Below are positions 37,573 to 47,408 of a stretch of DNA of 64,000 nt, in pieces. Source of the stretch: an uncultured Burkholderiales bacterium (GTDB lineage: Bacteria; Pseudomonadota; Gammaproteobacteria; Burkholderiales; Burkholderiaceae_C). The notes beneath the pieces are model-generated. The model searched no databases. It was not told the origin of the DNA and saw nothing but the letters and a program-made list of their open reading frames with translations. The stretch lies in contig CAILCI010000081.1 of the NCBI GenBank assembly GCA_903832625.1, positions 16,452 to 80,451 on the forward strand, in the 5' to 3' direction. Each line of letters starts with the position of its first letter. Position 1 is the first letter of the stretch. The position numbers and the translations under genes are program-made.

Positions 37573-37581
37573 AGTATAGCA
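37573..37581 (-). promoter_or_regulatory. Extended -10 promoter of tRNA-Val (-phaR-rimO)
   Basis: TG-C-TATACT on the minus strand. Confidence 0.6.
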
Positions 37582-37587
37582 GAGTTT

Positions 37588-39789
37588 TTAGCGTCGCTTG
37601 GCTGATCGCACGCCCGAAACCTCTTTGACCGAGGACAAGACTTTTTGCAAACGCCGCGAATCGGACAACTCGACAGTAAAAATCATCCACGCCAAGTCTT
37701 TCACCGATTGGGTTTGCACGCCAATGACATTCATTTTTTCTTTCGAAAAAACCTCAGAAATATCGCGCAGCAAACCCTGCCGGTCCAAGGCTTCTATCGC
37801 AATATCCACCGGATACAACTGTGCATCCGCCAATTTTGGTAATCCCCAAGCAACTTCAATCACACGATCTGCGCTGCGCAAAGACATTTGCTTGAAGTTG
37901 CGGCAATCGCTTCGATGAATGCTCACGCCCTTGCCCCGCGTGACAAAGCCGCTGATGGCGTCCGGCGGCGCGGGCTTACAGCACTTGGCCAGTTGCGTGA
38001 GCATGGAGTCGATACCCACCACCAGCACGCCGCCCTTGGCAGGCTTGTCTGTGCCACGTGCTTTTTTGAGCACATAGTCGTCGGGCTTCAAAGCTGGGGC
38101 AGGCGGATTGAGCAAAACCTCGATGTTGCGCAAAGAAAACTCATCTTTGCCCACTACCTCAAACAAAGCCTCCGCCGACTTGAAACCTAACTGCGTGGCC
38201 AAGTCCTCAAGCTTGAGCGATGTTTTGCCTTCGCGTTGCAACAATTTTTCAACTGCCTCGCGGCCACGGGCGGCAGTTTCATGCATGGCCTGCGCGTTGA
38301 ACCATGCCCGTACTTTGCTCTTGGCGCGTGCGCTGACCAAAAAGCCCAACTCAGCATTGAGCCAATCACGCGAAGGCCCGCCCTCCTTGACGGTGGTAAC
38401 CTCCACGGTTTGGCCGTTTTTCAAAGGCGTGTTGAGTGGCACCAACGCATCATCTACACGAGCGCCTCGACAACGGTGGCCTAAATTGGTGTGCACAGCG
38501 TAAGCAAAATCAACCGGCGTAGCACCTTGGGGCAACTCCACCACTGCAGCGTCAGGCGTCAGCACATAAATACGATCAGACAAAGCATCAGTCGTCGTCA
38601 AGGGCTGGTCATGCTCGCTGTTGCCGTGTGTGAGCTCGCGCTCCCAAGCCAGCAACTGCCGCAGCACTGCAATTTTGCTGTCGTAAGCACTGCTGGCCGA
38701 CACGCCTGCATAACCTCGTGTGCCCGCCTCTTTGTAAGCCCAGTGCGCTGCCACGCCTTGCTCGGCGTGGTCGTGCATGGCTTGGGTGCGGATTTGAATT
38801 TCAATCGCACGGCCTTGCGCATCGCGCACCACGGTATGCAAAGACTGATAGCCATTCGATTTGGGGCGCGCAATGTAGTCGTCAAACTCTTCACTCACGG
38901 GCGTGAATTGGGTGTGCACCCAACTCAGCGCGGCATAACACTCCGGCACCGAAGCTACCACGACGCGCAGCGCACGCACATCAAAAATGCGGTCGAAGCT
39001 CAAGGACTTACCACGCATTTTTTTCACAATGCTGTAGATGTGTTTGGGGCGACCTTGCACTTGCGCTTTGATACTTTGTGCTTTCAAGCCAGCTTCGATT
39101 TGCTCACGCAAAACATTCACATAATTCTCGCGCTCGGTACGTTTTTCGTCCAACAAGAGAGCTACTTCACGGTAAGTGTGTGGCTCTAAAAAACGAAACG
39201 CGAGATCTTCCATCTCCCATTTGATTTGCCAAATTCCCAAGCGATTTGCCAAGGGAGCAAACACCTGCAGCGACTCTTGCGCCAACTGCTGGGGCACAGA
39301 TTGTTTGCTGGCTGCAAAGTAGCGCAGCGTTTGCAAGCGCGACGCCAAGCGTAGCAACACAACCCGCAAATCGCGCGAAAAGGCCAACAGCATCTTGCGG
39401 ACGTTCTCAACTTGAAGGCTCGCGAGCTCATTGCTTGCTGCTAATCGGGCTTGGCGTTGCACATGCACCAATCGGGTAGTCTCCAGCGCCAGTTCTGCGT
39501 ACGTGATGCCAAAGGCTTTGGTGATGACCTCTTGGGGCTTGTTCAAATACTCGCAGGCATAGACCAAATAACACGCTGCCTGCATGGCCTCAGAGCCGCC
39601 AATCAGCGCCAGTATCTGAGCTGATGCGTCTGCATGAGCCCACGCATCTTCACCCGTGTCAAGCCATTGGCCTGTGAGCAAAGGCTGCGCAAAAGCGCGC
39701 GCACGCTGCAAAGCTTGGGGCTGATCCGGTAAATCCTGCAAAGTCGCCTCCAATACAGAAGGCGAATCGTGAGTTGTTCTTTTATTCAT
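37588..39789 (-). CDS. relA: (p)ppGpp synthetase RelA
   Basis: Degenerate HD domain, GRPKHIYSI, YQSLHT, EIQIRT, TGS (TPVDFAY) and ACT domains. Confidence 0.93.
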   Translation of the reverse strand: MNKRTTHDSPSVLEATLQDLPDQPQALQRARAFAQPLLTGQWLDTGEDAWAHADASAQILALIGGSEAMQAACYLVYACEYLNKPQEVITKAFGITYAELALETTRLVHVQRQARLAASNELASLQVENVRKMLLAFSRDLRVVLLRLASRLQTLRYFAASKQSVPQQLAQESLQVFAPLANRLGIWQIKWEMEDLAFRFLEPHTYREVALLLDEKRTERENYVNVLREQIEAGLKAQSIKAQVQGRPKHIYSIVKKMRGKSLSFDRIFDVRALRVVVASVPECYAALSWVHTQFTPVSEEFDDYIARPKSNGYQSLHTVVRDAQGRAIEIQIRTQAMHDHAEQGVAAHWAYKEAGTRGYAGVSASSAYDSKIAVLRQLLAWERELTHGNSEHDQPLTTTDALSDRIYVLTPDAAVVELPQGATPVDFAYAVHTNLGHRCRGARVDDALVPLNTPLKNGQTVEVTTVKEGGPSRDWLNAELGFLVSARAKSKVRAWFNAQAMHETAARGREAVEKLLQREGKTSLKLEDLATQLGFKSAEALFEVVGKDEFSLRNIEVLLNPPAPALKPDDYVLKKARGTDKPAKGGVLVVGIDSMLTQLAKCCKPAPPDAISGFVTRGKGVSIHRSDCRNFKQMSLRSADRVIEVAWGLPKLADAQLYPVDIAIEALDRQGLLRDISEVFSKEKMNVIGVQTQSVKDLAWMIFTVELSDSRRLQKVLSSVKEVSGVRSAKRR

Positions 39790-39872
39790 GTGAGTCGCAA
39801 TCGTGCACCATGTCACGCGTCAAAGCGTCCGATAATGTTTTTATCTTTTTCACCAATGTAAGGGATTTTTTC

Positions 39873-40655
39873 ATGACCACTCACACACTCAAGGGTAAAA
39901 CAGCGTTAGTCACAGGCTCTACCAGCGGAATTGGCCTAGGAATTGCCAAATCTTTGGCTCAACAAGGCGCCAACATCGTGCTCAATGGTTTTGGCGATCA
40001 CGCGGGTCCGCAGGCCGAAGTGGCCGCTTTGGGTGTGCAAACCGCCTATCACGGCGCGGACATGAGCAAAGCCTCCGAGATTGAAGCCATGATGAAGTTT
40101 GCGGCAGAGAAATTTGGTGGCGTCGATATTTTGGTTAACAACGCGGGCATTCAACATGTGGCCAATGTGGAAGATTTCCCCATTGAGCGCTGGGACGCGA
40201 TCATCGCCATCAACTTGAGCAGTGCATTTCACACCTCACGCTTGGCACTGCCCTACATGAAACAACAAAACTGGGGACGCATCATCAATGTGGCCTCGGT
40301 GCACGGCTTGGTGGGCTCGGCGCAAAAATCGGCTTACGTCGCGGCCAAGCATGGCATTGTGGGCTTGACCAAAGTTACAGCCCTGGAGACCGCCAGCACT
40401 GGCGTAACTTGCAATGCAATCTGCCCAGGTTGGGTGCTCACACCCTTGGTGCAAAAACAAGTAGACGCCAAAGCCCTAACCTTGAAAATTTCCAATGAAG
40501 AAGCAACAAAAATGCTGCTCGGTGAAAAAGAACCCTCCATGCAATTCACCACCCCCGAAGAGCTGGGCGAATTGGCTGTGTTTTTCTGCTCAAAAGCAGC
40601 ACAAAACGTGCGCGGCGTTGCTTGGAATATGGACGGCGGTTGGACGGCGAAATAA
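39873..40655 (+). CDS. bdhA: 3-hydroxybutyrate dehydrogenase
   Basis: GSTSGIG, NNAGIQH, ASVHGLV, YVAAKHG, MDGGWTA. Confidence 0.9.
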   Translation: MTTHTLKGKTALVTGSTSGIGLGIAKSLAQQGANIVLNGFGDHAGPQAEVAALGVQTAYHGADMSKASEIEAMMKFAAEKFGGVDILVNNAGIQHVANVEDFPIERWDAIIAINLSSAFHTSRLALPYMKQQNWGRIINVASVHGLVGSAQKSAYVAAKHGIVGLTKVTALETASTGVTCNAICPGWVLTPLVQKQVDAKALTLKISNEEATKMLLGEKEPSMQFTTPEELGELAVFFCSKAAQNVRGVAWNMDGGWTAK

Positions 40656-40778
40656 CAAAACTTGTAAGTGCAGTGAGACTTCCGAAGTTAAATAAATTTT
40701 TAAACCAATTTACCTATATTTAAACAAATTGTTACTTATAATTAAAACGCGGAGCTAAATCTCACTTAACTTATAGGT

Positions 40779-41192
40779 ATGACACAAAGTTACACCAAAG
40801 AGACAGGAAAGTTTGCGGACCGCTTCCGTGCAGCCCTCAAGGATGCAGGAGTGCGGATCTCCGCAACTGTTGTCGCAAACGAGTTCAACCTCCGTTACTG
40901 GGGCGAGGGAATCTCTTCTCACGCTGCCCGCAACTGGTTGATGGGTGTTTCAATCCCTAAGCAAGACAAACTTCTTGTTTTGTCTAAATGGTTGAAAGTA
41001 TCACCGGAGGGTCTGCTGTTTGGCACCCCACCGCCGCGTCCCGCGGATGAAGCACTTCGCGATGAGCATATCAACTTGGTTGATCAACAACTCATCTCCA
41101 AGTATTTCGCACTGCATCCCGATCATCGTCGCGTCGTTCGCGAAGTGGTTGATGGTCTGGCAGCCTTGGGGCCGAAAAAATCAGAAAATTAA
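40779..41192 (+). CDS. Putative XRE/Cro-like HTH transcriptional regulator
   Basis: FNLRYWG...AARNWLMG...[24 protein letters not shown] resembles a Cro/C1-type HTH. Confidence 0.7.
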   Translation: MTQSYTKETGKFADRFRAALKDAGVRISATVVANEFNLRYWGEGISSHAARNWLMGVSIPKQDKLLVLSKWLKVSPEGLLFGTPPPRPADEALRDEHINLVDQQLISKYFALHPDHRRVVREVVDGLAALGPKKSEN

Positions 41193-41663
41193 AGCAATCG
41201 CGTTGGCTTCAATGGCTTCCCCCAATCCAACGGGGCCCATTTTTTCAGCGGTTTTTGCTTTGACATTCACTTGGCTCATCGCCACATCTAGTGCGTTGGC
41301 AATCCGCTCGCGCATCGTCTCAATGTAAGTTGCAAGCTTTGGCGCTTGCGCAATCACTGTACTGTCGATATTTCCTATTTCATAGCCGGCTTGCCGCACA
41401 CGAGCAGCGGTTTCTCTCAGTAAATCCCATGAATTCGCACCTTTGAAACGCACATCGGTGTCGGGGAAATGCCGTCCAATGTCGCCCAAAGCCGCCGCGC
41501 CGAGCAGTGCATCGGTGATGGCGTGCAACAGTGCATCGGCGTCTGAATGCCCGAGCAAACCGTGGGTGTGCGGGATGTGAACGCCCCCCAAAATGAGCGG
41601 CCGGCCTTCGACCAAGGCATGGACATCCCAGCCCTCTCCGATGCGAAATGTGGGTGCTGTCAT
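41181..41663 (-). CDS. ispF: MECDP synthase
   Basis: [27 protein letters not shown]. Confidence 0.97.
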   Translation of the reverse strand: MTAPTFRIGEGWDVHALVEGRPLILGGVHIPHTHGLLGHSDADALLHAITDALLGAAALGDIGRHFPDTDVRFKGANSWDLLRETAARVRQAGYEIGNIDSTVIAQAPKLATYIETMRERIANALDVAMSQVNVKAKTAEKMGPVGLGEAIEANAIALIF

Positions 41664-41664
41664 G

Positions 41665-42417
41665 TCATTCCTTGTGTGATGGCATTGCTTTGTTGTGTCG
41701 CGTGCTCAATACCGCTTCGGCCAACTCAAAATCTTGCGGATAAGTGACCTTGAAGTTTTGTGCGCTGGATTCAACCAGCTTGGGCTGTGAACCCAACAAC
41801 TCCATGGCACTGGCTTCGTCGGTGATGCTGTGCGCCTGCGGCGAATCATGGGCTTGTTGCAAGGCATGCATCAAGTCGCCCAGTCTGAACATTTGCGGCG
41901 TGTGCGCCAGCCATTTGTGGTTGCGCTCCAGCGTTTGCGCCACGCGGCCATTGTGTTCAGACTTCAAGGTGTCGGCCAAGGGCAGCGCCAGCAAGCCGCC
42001 AACCGTATCGTTTTGGCAGGCGGTGATGAGCGATTGAATCAACTCAGGTGTTATCAAGCAACGCGCTGCATCGTGGACCAACACCCAATCGCTGGTGCGC
42101 GCGCCCAACTCAGCCAAGCTGTGCAATCCGGCTAAGACGCTGTGCGCACGTGTTGCGCCGCCCACGTTGCACACTTGAAAACGCAATTGGGGATGGGTGC
42201 GCAGCACATCGGCCATGAGTGTGTCTTGCGGTGCGACCACCACCACGCCTTGGGTAAGACTAGGCACTGCCTCAAAAGCACGCAAGGTGTGAATCACCAT
42301 TGGCACGCCCAACAAGCGCTGGTATTGCTTGGGCTGCTCGGTTTGGGCGCGGCTGCCGGCGCCGGCACACGGGATGAGCGCATACAGCCGAGCTTCGCTG
42401 GAATGGGGTGAATTCAT
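41665..42417 (-). CDS. ispD: MEP cytidylyltransferase
   Basis: [29 protein letters not shown]. Confidence 0.95.
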   Translation of the reverse strand: MNSPHSSEARLYALIPCAGAGSRAQTEQPKQYQRLLGVPMVIHTLRAFEAVPSLTQGVVVVAPQDTLMADVLRTHPQLRFQVCNVGGATRAHSVLAGLHSLAELGARTSDWVLVHDAARCLITPELIQSLITACQNDTVGGLLALPLADTLKSEHNGRVAQTLERNHKWLAHTPQMFRLGDLMHALQQAHDSPQAHSITDEASAMELLGSQPKLVESSAQNFKVTYPQDFELAEAVLSTRHNKAMPSHKE

Positions 42418-42462
42418 ACGTTCGCAGATAAGGGCAATGTCCTGCATTTTAGAATCGACCCA

Positions 42463-45400
42463 ATGCACCTGCCCCTTTTGAGTTCTGGCAAACGTTTTGC
42501 CATGCCCCGCCCTGTCGCCTCGGCGGATGCTTTGTTGCTTGCGCAATTGGCTGTGCGCGAGAAATCCAAACACCAGCGCATCGCCATCGTCACGGCCGAT
42601 GCCATGGATGCGCAGCGTCTGCAAGACGAGATGGCTTTCTTTGCGCCCGATGTGCGTTGCGTCTTGTTTCCCGATTGGGAAACCCTGCCCTACGACAGCT
42701 TTTCACCGCACCAAGACTTGATCAGCGAGCGTTTGGCCACACTGTGGCGCATCTCGCAGGGCGAGGCCGATGTGGTGCTGATTCCCGCCTCGACCGCCTT
42801 GTATCGCTTGGGGCCACCGGCGTTTTTGGCGGGCTACACCTTTCACTTCAAGGTCAAGCAACAACTGGATGAGGCCAAGCTCAAGTCGCAACTCACGCTG
42901 GCGGGCTACACCCATGTCACACAAGTGGTCAGCCCCGGTGAATACGCGGTGCGTGGTGGCTTGATTGATTTGTTTCCGATGGGCTCCTTGGTGCCGTACC
43001 GGGTGGATTTGTTTGACAACGAAATCGACTCCATCCGCACCTTTGACCCCGACACGCAACGCAGCCTGTATCCGGTGCCCGAAGTGCGTTTGTTGCCGGG
43101 GCGTGAGTTTCCGATGGACGACAAAGCACGCGCGCTGTTTCGCAACCGCTGGCGCGAAATGCTCGAAGGCGATCCGACCAAAAGTCGCATTTACAAAGAC
43201 ATAGGCAACGGCGTAGCGACCGCCGGCATTGAGTATTACTTGCCCTTGTTTTTTGAAGAAACCGCCACGGTGTTTGATTACCTCGGCGCGTCGGCCACCG
43301 TGGTGCTGCATGGCGATTTAGAGCCCGTGTTTCAACGCTTTTGGCAAGACACCAAAGACCGCTTTCGATTGGTGCAAGGCGACCCAGAACGCCCCGCGCT
43401 GCCACCTGAACATTTGTTCTTGAATGCCGAACAGTTTTACAGCGCCGCCAATGCCCATGCGCAATTGAGTTTGCGCGCGCAAGTCAGCGATGTGGACGAC
43501 AACGCCTTCGCCCAAATTCTGCCCAACCTCACTGCGGTGCGCGGTGCTGCCGACCCGCTGCAACGCTTGCAAGCCTATGCGCTGCAAACGCCACAACGCT
43601 TGTTGATCTTGGCCGAGAGCGATGGTCGCCGCGAGAGCTTGTTGGATTTTTTGCGTTCCTCGCAAGTCAACCCGCCGGCCTTTGATTCTCTGGAAGAATT
43701 CTTAGCCAGCGACGAAAAAATAGGCATTGCCACGGCCGCCTTGCAAGTGGGCTTTAGCTGGCGCGAAGCGGGCATTGACCTGATCACCGAGACCGAGTTG
43801 TTTGCCGCAGGTGTGACCACGCGCCGTCGTAAAAAACAAGAACAGGTGAGCGATGTCGAAGCGCTTATCAAAGACTTGGCCGAACTCAATTTGGGCGATC
43901 CAGTGGTGCATAACGCGCATGGCATTGGGCGCTACAGAGGTTTGGTGAACATGGATTTGGGCGAAAAAAATGCCGACGGCACGCCCGCGCTGCAAGAGTT
44001 TCTTCACCTCGAATATGCCGACCAAGCAGTGCTGTATGTCCCTGTGAGCCAACTGCATTTGATTGGTCGCTACACCGGCGTGAGTGCCGACGAAGCACCT
44101 CTGCACAAACTCGGCTCTGCACAATGGGACAAGGCCAAACGCCGCGCAGCCGAACAAGTGCGCGATGCAGCCGCAGAGTTGCTCAATATTTATGCGCGTC
44201 GTGCGGCGCGTCAAGGCCATCCTTTCCGATACTCGCCGCAAGACTACGAAACCTTTGCCAACGATTTTGGGTTTGAAGAAACAGCCGATCAACGCGCCGC
44301 CATTCACGCCGTGATGCAAGACATGATCAGCCCGCGCCCAATGGACCGTTTGGTGTGCGGCGATGTGGGTTTTGGCAAAACCGAAGTGGCTTTGCGGGCG
44401 GCTTTTGTGGCGGTGACAGGCGGCAAACAAGTGGCGTTTTTGGCGCCTACCACTTTGCTGGCCGAGCAACATTTCCAAACCCTGACCGACCGCTTTAGCA
44501 AATGGCCGGTGAAGATTGCCGAGATGAGCCGCTTTCGCTCCACCAAAGAAATCAACGCAGCGGCCAAAGGCTTGGCTGAAGGGCAAGTGGACATTGTGGT
44601 GGGCACGCACAAGTTGCTGAGTGAGACCATCAAGTTCAAAGACTTGGGGCTGCTCATCATTGACGAGGAACACCGCTTTGGTGTGCGCCACAAAGAAGCC
44701 ATGAAGGCCATGCGCGCCGAAGTCGATGTACTCACACTCACCGCCACGCCGATTCCGCGCACGCTGGGCATGGCGCTCGAAGGCCTGCGGGATTTGAGCG
44801 TGATTGCCACTGCGCCACAGCGTCGCTTGGCCATCAAAACCTTTGTGCGCAGTGAAAGCAATGGCGTGATTCGCGAGGCCGTGCTGCGCGAACTCAAACG
44901 CGGCGGCCAATGCTACTTTTTGCACAACGAAGTGGACACGATTGAAAACCGCCGCGCCCGCTTGGAAGAGTTGTTGCCCGAAGCCCGCATTGCCATTGCC
45001 CACGGGCAAATGCCTGAGCGTGAATTAGAGCGCGTGATGCGTGACTTTGTGGCGCAGCGCTTCAATGTGTTGCTGTGCTCGACCATCATCGAAACAGGCA
45101 TTGACGTGCCCAGCGCCAACACCATCATCATGAGCCGCGCCGACAAGTTTGGTTTGGCGCAATTGCACCAACTGCGCGGTCGCGTGGGACGCAGCCATCA
45201 CCAAGCCTATGCGTATTTGATGGTGCCCGACCTGGAAGGTCTGACCAAACAAGCCGCGCAACGCTTGGACGCGATTCAGCAAATGGAAGAGTTGGGCTCG
45301 GGTTTTTACCTCGCCATGCACGACTTGGAAATTCGCGGTGCGGGCGAAGTGCTGGGCGAACACCAAAGCGGCAACATGCTGGAAGTGGGTTTTCAGCTCT

Positions 45401-45945
45401 ACAACGAAATGTTGAGCGAAGCGGTGCGCGCTCTGAAAAACGGCGAAGAACCCGATTTACTCAGCCCCTTAAGCGCGACCACGGAAATCAATTTGCACGC
45501 ACCTGCGCTGCTGCCCGACGACTATTGCGGCGACGTGCATTTGCGTTTGTCGCTCTACAAAAAACTCGCCACCGCCAAAACCTCCGACCAAATCGATGCG
45601 CTGCTGGAAGAAATTGTGGACCGCTTTGGCAAGCTGCCCACGCAGGCGCAAACCTTGATGGATGTTCATCGCCTGCGCGTCTTGGCGCGGTCTTACGGCG
45701 TGAGCAAAGTCGATGCCGCGCCCGGTGTGACACACATCAGCTTCAAACCCAATCCGCCGTTTGATGCGCTGCGCATCATTGAGCTGGTGCAAAAAAACAA
45801 ACACATCAAACTCGCGGGCAACGACCGCTTGCGCATTGAGCGTGAATTGCCTGAACCGCATGCGCGGTCGCAGATGGTGCGCGATGTCTTGCGCTCACTC
45901 GGCACACCTGTGGTGCCTGCCAGCAAAGCGATAATTGAACAATGA
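42463..45945 (+). CDS. mfd: Transcription-repair coupling factor
   Basis: UvrB-like N-terminus, GDVGFGKT, DEEH, QLRGRVGRS, HDLEIRG. Confidence 0.97.
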   Translation: MHLPLLSSGKRFAMPRPVASADALLLAQLAVREKSKHQRIAIVTADAMDAQRLQDEMAFFAPDVRCVLFPDWETLPYDSFSPHQDLISERLATLWRISQGEADVVLIPASTALYRLGPPAFLAGYTFHFKVKQQLDEAKLKSQLTLAGYTHVTQVVSPGEYAVRGGLIDLFPMGSLVPYRVDLFDNEIDSIRTFDPDTQRSLYPVPEVRLLPGREFPMDDKARALFRNRWREMLEGDPTKSRIYKDIGNGVATAGIEYYLPLFFEETATVFDYLGASATVVLHGDLEPVFQRFWQDTKDRFRLVQGDPERPALPPEHLFLNAEQFYSAANAHAQLSLRAQVSDVDDNAFAQILPNLTAVRGAADPLQRLQAYALQTPQRLLILAESDGRRESLLDFLRSSQVNPPAFDSLEEFLASDEKIGIATAALQVGFSWREAGIDLITETELFAAGVTTRRRKKQEQVSDVEALIKDLAELNLGDPVVHNAHGIGRYRGLVNMDLGEKNADGTPALQEFLHLEYADQAVLYVPVSQLHLIGRYTGVSADEAPLHKLGSAQWDKAKRRAAEQVRDAAAELLNIYARRAARQGHPFRYSPQDYETFANDFGFEETADQRAAIHAVMQDMISPRPMDRLVCGDVGFGKTEVALRAAFVAVTGGKQVAFLAPTTLLAEQHFQTLTDRFSKWPVKIAEMSRFRSTKEINAAAKGLAEGQVDIVVGTHKLLSETIKFKDLGLLIIDEEHRFGVRHKEAMKAMRAEVDVLTLTATPIPRTLGMALEGLRDLSVIATAPQRRLAIKTFVRSESNGVIREAVLRELKRGGQCYFLHNEVDTIENRRARLEELLPEARIAIAHGQMPERELERVMRDFVAQRFNVLLCSTIIETGIDVPSANTIIMSRADKFGLAQLHQLRGRVGRSHHQAYAYLMVPDLEGLTKQAAQRLDAIQQMEELGSGFYLAMHDLEIRGAGEVLGEHQSGNMLEVGFQLYNEMLSEAVRALKNGEEPDLLSPLSATTEINLHAPALLPDDYCGDVHLRLSLYKKLATAKTSDQIDALLEEIVDRFGKLPTQAQTLMDVHRLRVLARSYGVSKVDAAPGVTHISFKPNPPFDALRIIELVQKNKHIKLAGNDRLRIERELPEPHARSQMVRDVLRSLGTPVVPASKAIIEQ

Positions 45946-46661
45946 CGTCCTCTCAAGAATTTGCCCCCGGCCTCGTGCTCCAAAACCTCACCCCGCCTCT
46001 GCGTTTGTCGGACTTCAAACTGATCGCGTTTGACATGGATTCGACGCTCATCAACATTGAGTGCATTGACGAAATTGCCGATGCAGCGGGTCGCAAGGCG
46101 GAAGTGGCGGCCATCACCGAGGCGGCGATGCGTGGCGAAATCACCGATTTCAAAGACAGCTTGCGCCGCCGCGTCGCCTTGCTCAAGGGAGTTCCGGCCA
46201 CCGCTTTGCAAGAGGTGTTTGAGCAGCGTCTGCGCTTGAATCCAGGCGCAGAGCGCTTGGTGCAAACCTGCAAAGCGCATAGCCTCAAAGTGTTGTTGGT
46301 GAGCGGCGGCTTCACGTTTTTTGCGGATCGCGTGTGCGCCTTATTGGGCATCGATTTTTCGCGCAGCAATGTGCTCGACATAGCAGACGGCCACCTGACC
46401 GGGCGTGTGCTCGACCAGCCTTGGGGCGATATTTGCGATGGCGCAGAAAAACGCAAGATGTTGCTGGCCACTTGCGAACAACTCGGCATCAGCCCGCAAG
46501 CTGCCATTGCCATGGGCGACGGCGCCAACGACTTACCCATGATGGGCGCAGCGGGTTTGTCCGTGGCCTACCACGCCAAGCCCAAGGTACGCGAGCAGGC
46601 GATGGTGGCGATCAACGAAGGCGGTTTAGACCGTTTGCTGGAACTTGTTTTGCCGAGCTGA
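45942..46661 (+). CDS. serB: Phosphoserine phosphatase
   Basis: FDMDSTLI, VSGGF, GDGANDL HAD motifs. Confidence 0.92.
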   Translation: MTSSQEFAPGLVLQNLTPPLRLSDFKLIAFDMDSTLINIECIDEIADAAGRKAEVAAITEAAMRGEITDFKDSLRRRVALLKGVPATALQEVFEQRLRLNPGAERLVQTCKAHSLKVLLVSGGFTFFADRVCALLGIDFSRSNVLDIADGHLTGRVLDQPWGDICDGAEKRKMLLATCEQLGISPQAAIAMGDGANDLPMMGAAGLSVAYHAKPKVREQAMVAINEGGLDRLLELVLPS

Positions 46662-46679
46662 CCCCCATCGGCAGGGTCA

Positions 46680-47279
46680 TCAAACCAACCTCAAGGTCTT
46701 GGCTTTGTAAACCGCTTGCGTTCTGTTGGACACATTCAAGGTTCTAAAAATCGCGCTGACATGAATTTTCACCGTCTGCTCGCTGATACCCAGCTGATTG
46801 GCGATCAGCTTATTAGAGGTACCCACTGACATGCAATTCAACACATCTTGTTGGCGCTTGGTCATATTCACCGCATGGTCTGGATTGACCCGGTAATCTC
46901 GAATATGAAGCAACTCACATAATTTAGAGTAAATGAAATCACTGGTGTTATTTTTAGAAATAAAAATATCTGCGCCCGCATTGATGCAATTAAATTCCCA
47001 AATATCTTCGTCCAAACCAGAAATGACCACCAAATGGCTGACTTGATTCAAACTTTTCAAGGTTTTGATATTGTCAATAGGATCTGAATCAGGCAGCTTC
47101 AAATCCAACACTACCAGCCAATTGTTATTTCCCTTGCTGATAACAGACTGCGCATCGGCCAAACAAGATACACCCACCAAAGATATACCTCTGGGGCTGA
47201 AATCGGCGGTTAATTTTTCAGTCAGGGCGTCTCTGTATACCGGATGATCGTCAACGATCAAAATTGAGGTCGTACTCAT
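46680..47279 (-). CDS. NarL/FixJ (LuxR-HTH) response regulator, orphan, low GC
   Basis: IVDDHP, VLDLKLP, ISG, SK receiver motifs; MTKRQ...SNKLIANQLGISEQTVKIHVS HTH. Confidence 0.88.
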   Translation of the reverse strand: MSTTSILIVDDHPVYRDALTEKLTADFSPRGISLVGVSCLADAQSVISKGNNNWLVVLDLKLPDSDPIDNIKTLKSLNQVSHLVVISGLDEDIWEFNCINAGADIFISKNNTSDFIYSKLCELLHIRDYRVNPDHAVNMTKRQQDVLNCMSVGTSNKLIANQLGISEQTVKIHVSAIFRTLNVSNRTQAVYKAKTLRLV

Positions 47280-47408
47280 GTCTAGGGGCAGAAAAATTAA
47301 TCGCAAACTTTACTATAGAAACGATCAATTACCTCAAAATAACCACCTAAAACAGCATGAGTTATTACTCGCTCAATTGAAATAAATCAATAATAAAAAG
47401 ACACTCTT

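Noticed and set aside
43702-45009. 435-aa minus-strand ORF
   Set aside because: Antisense shadow of mfd
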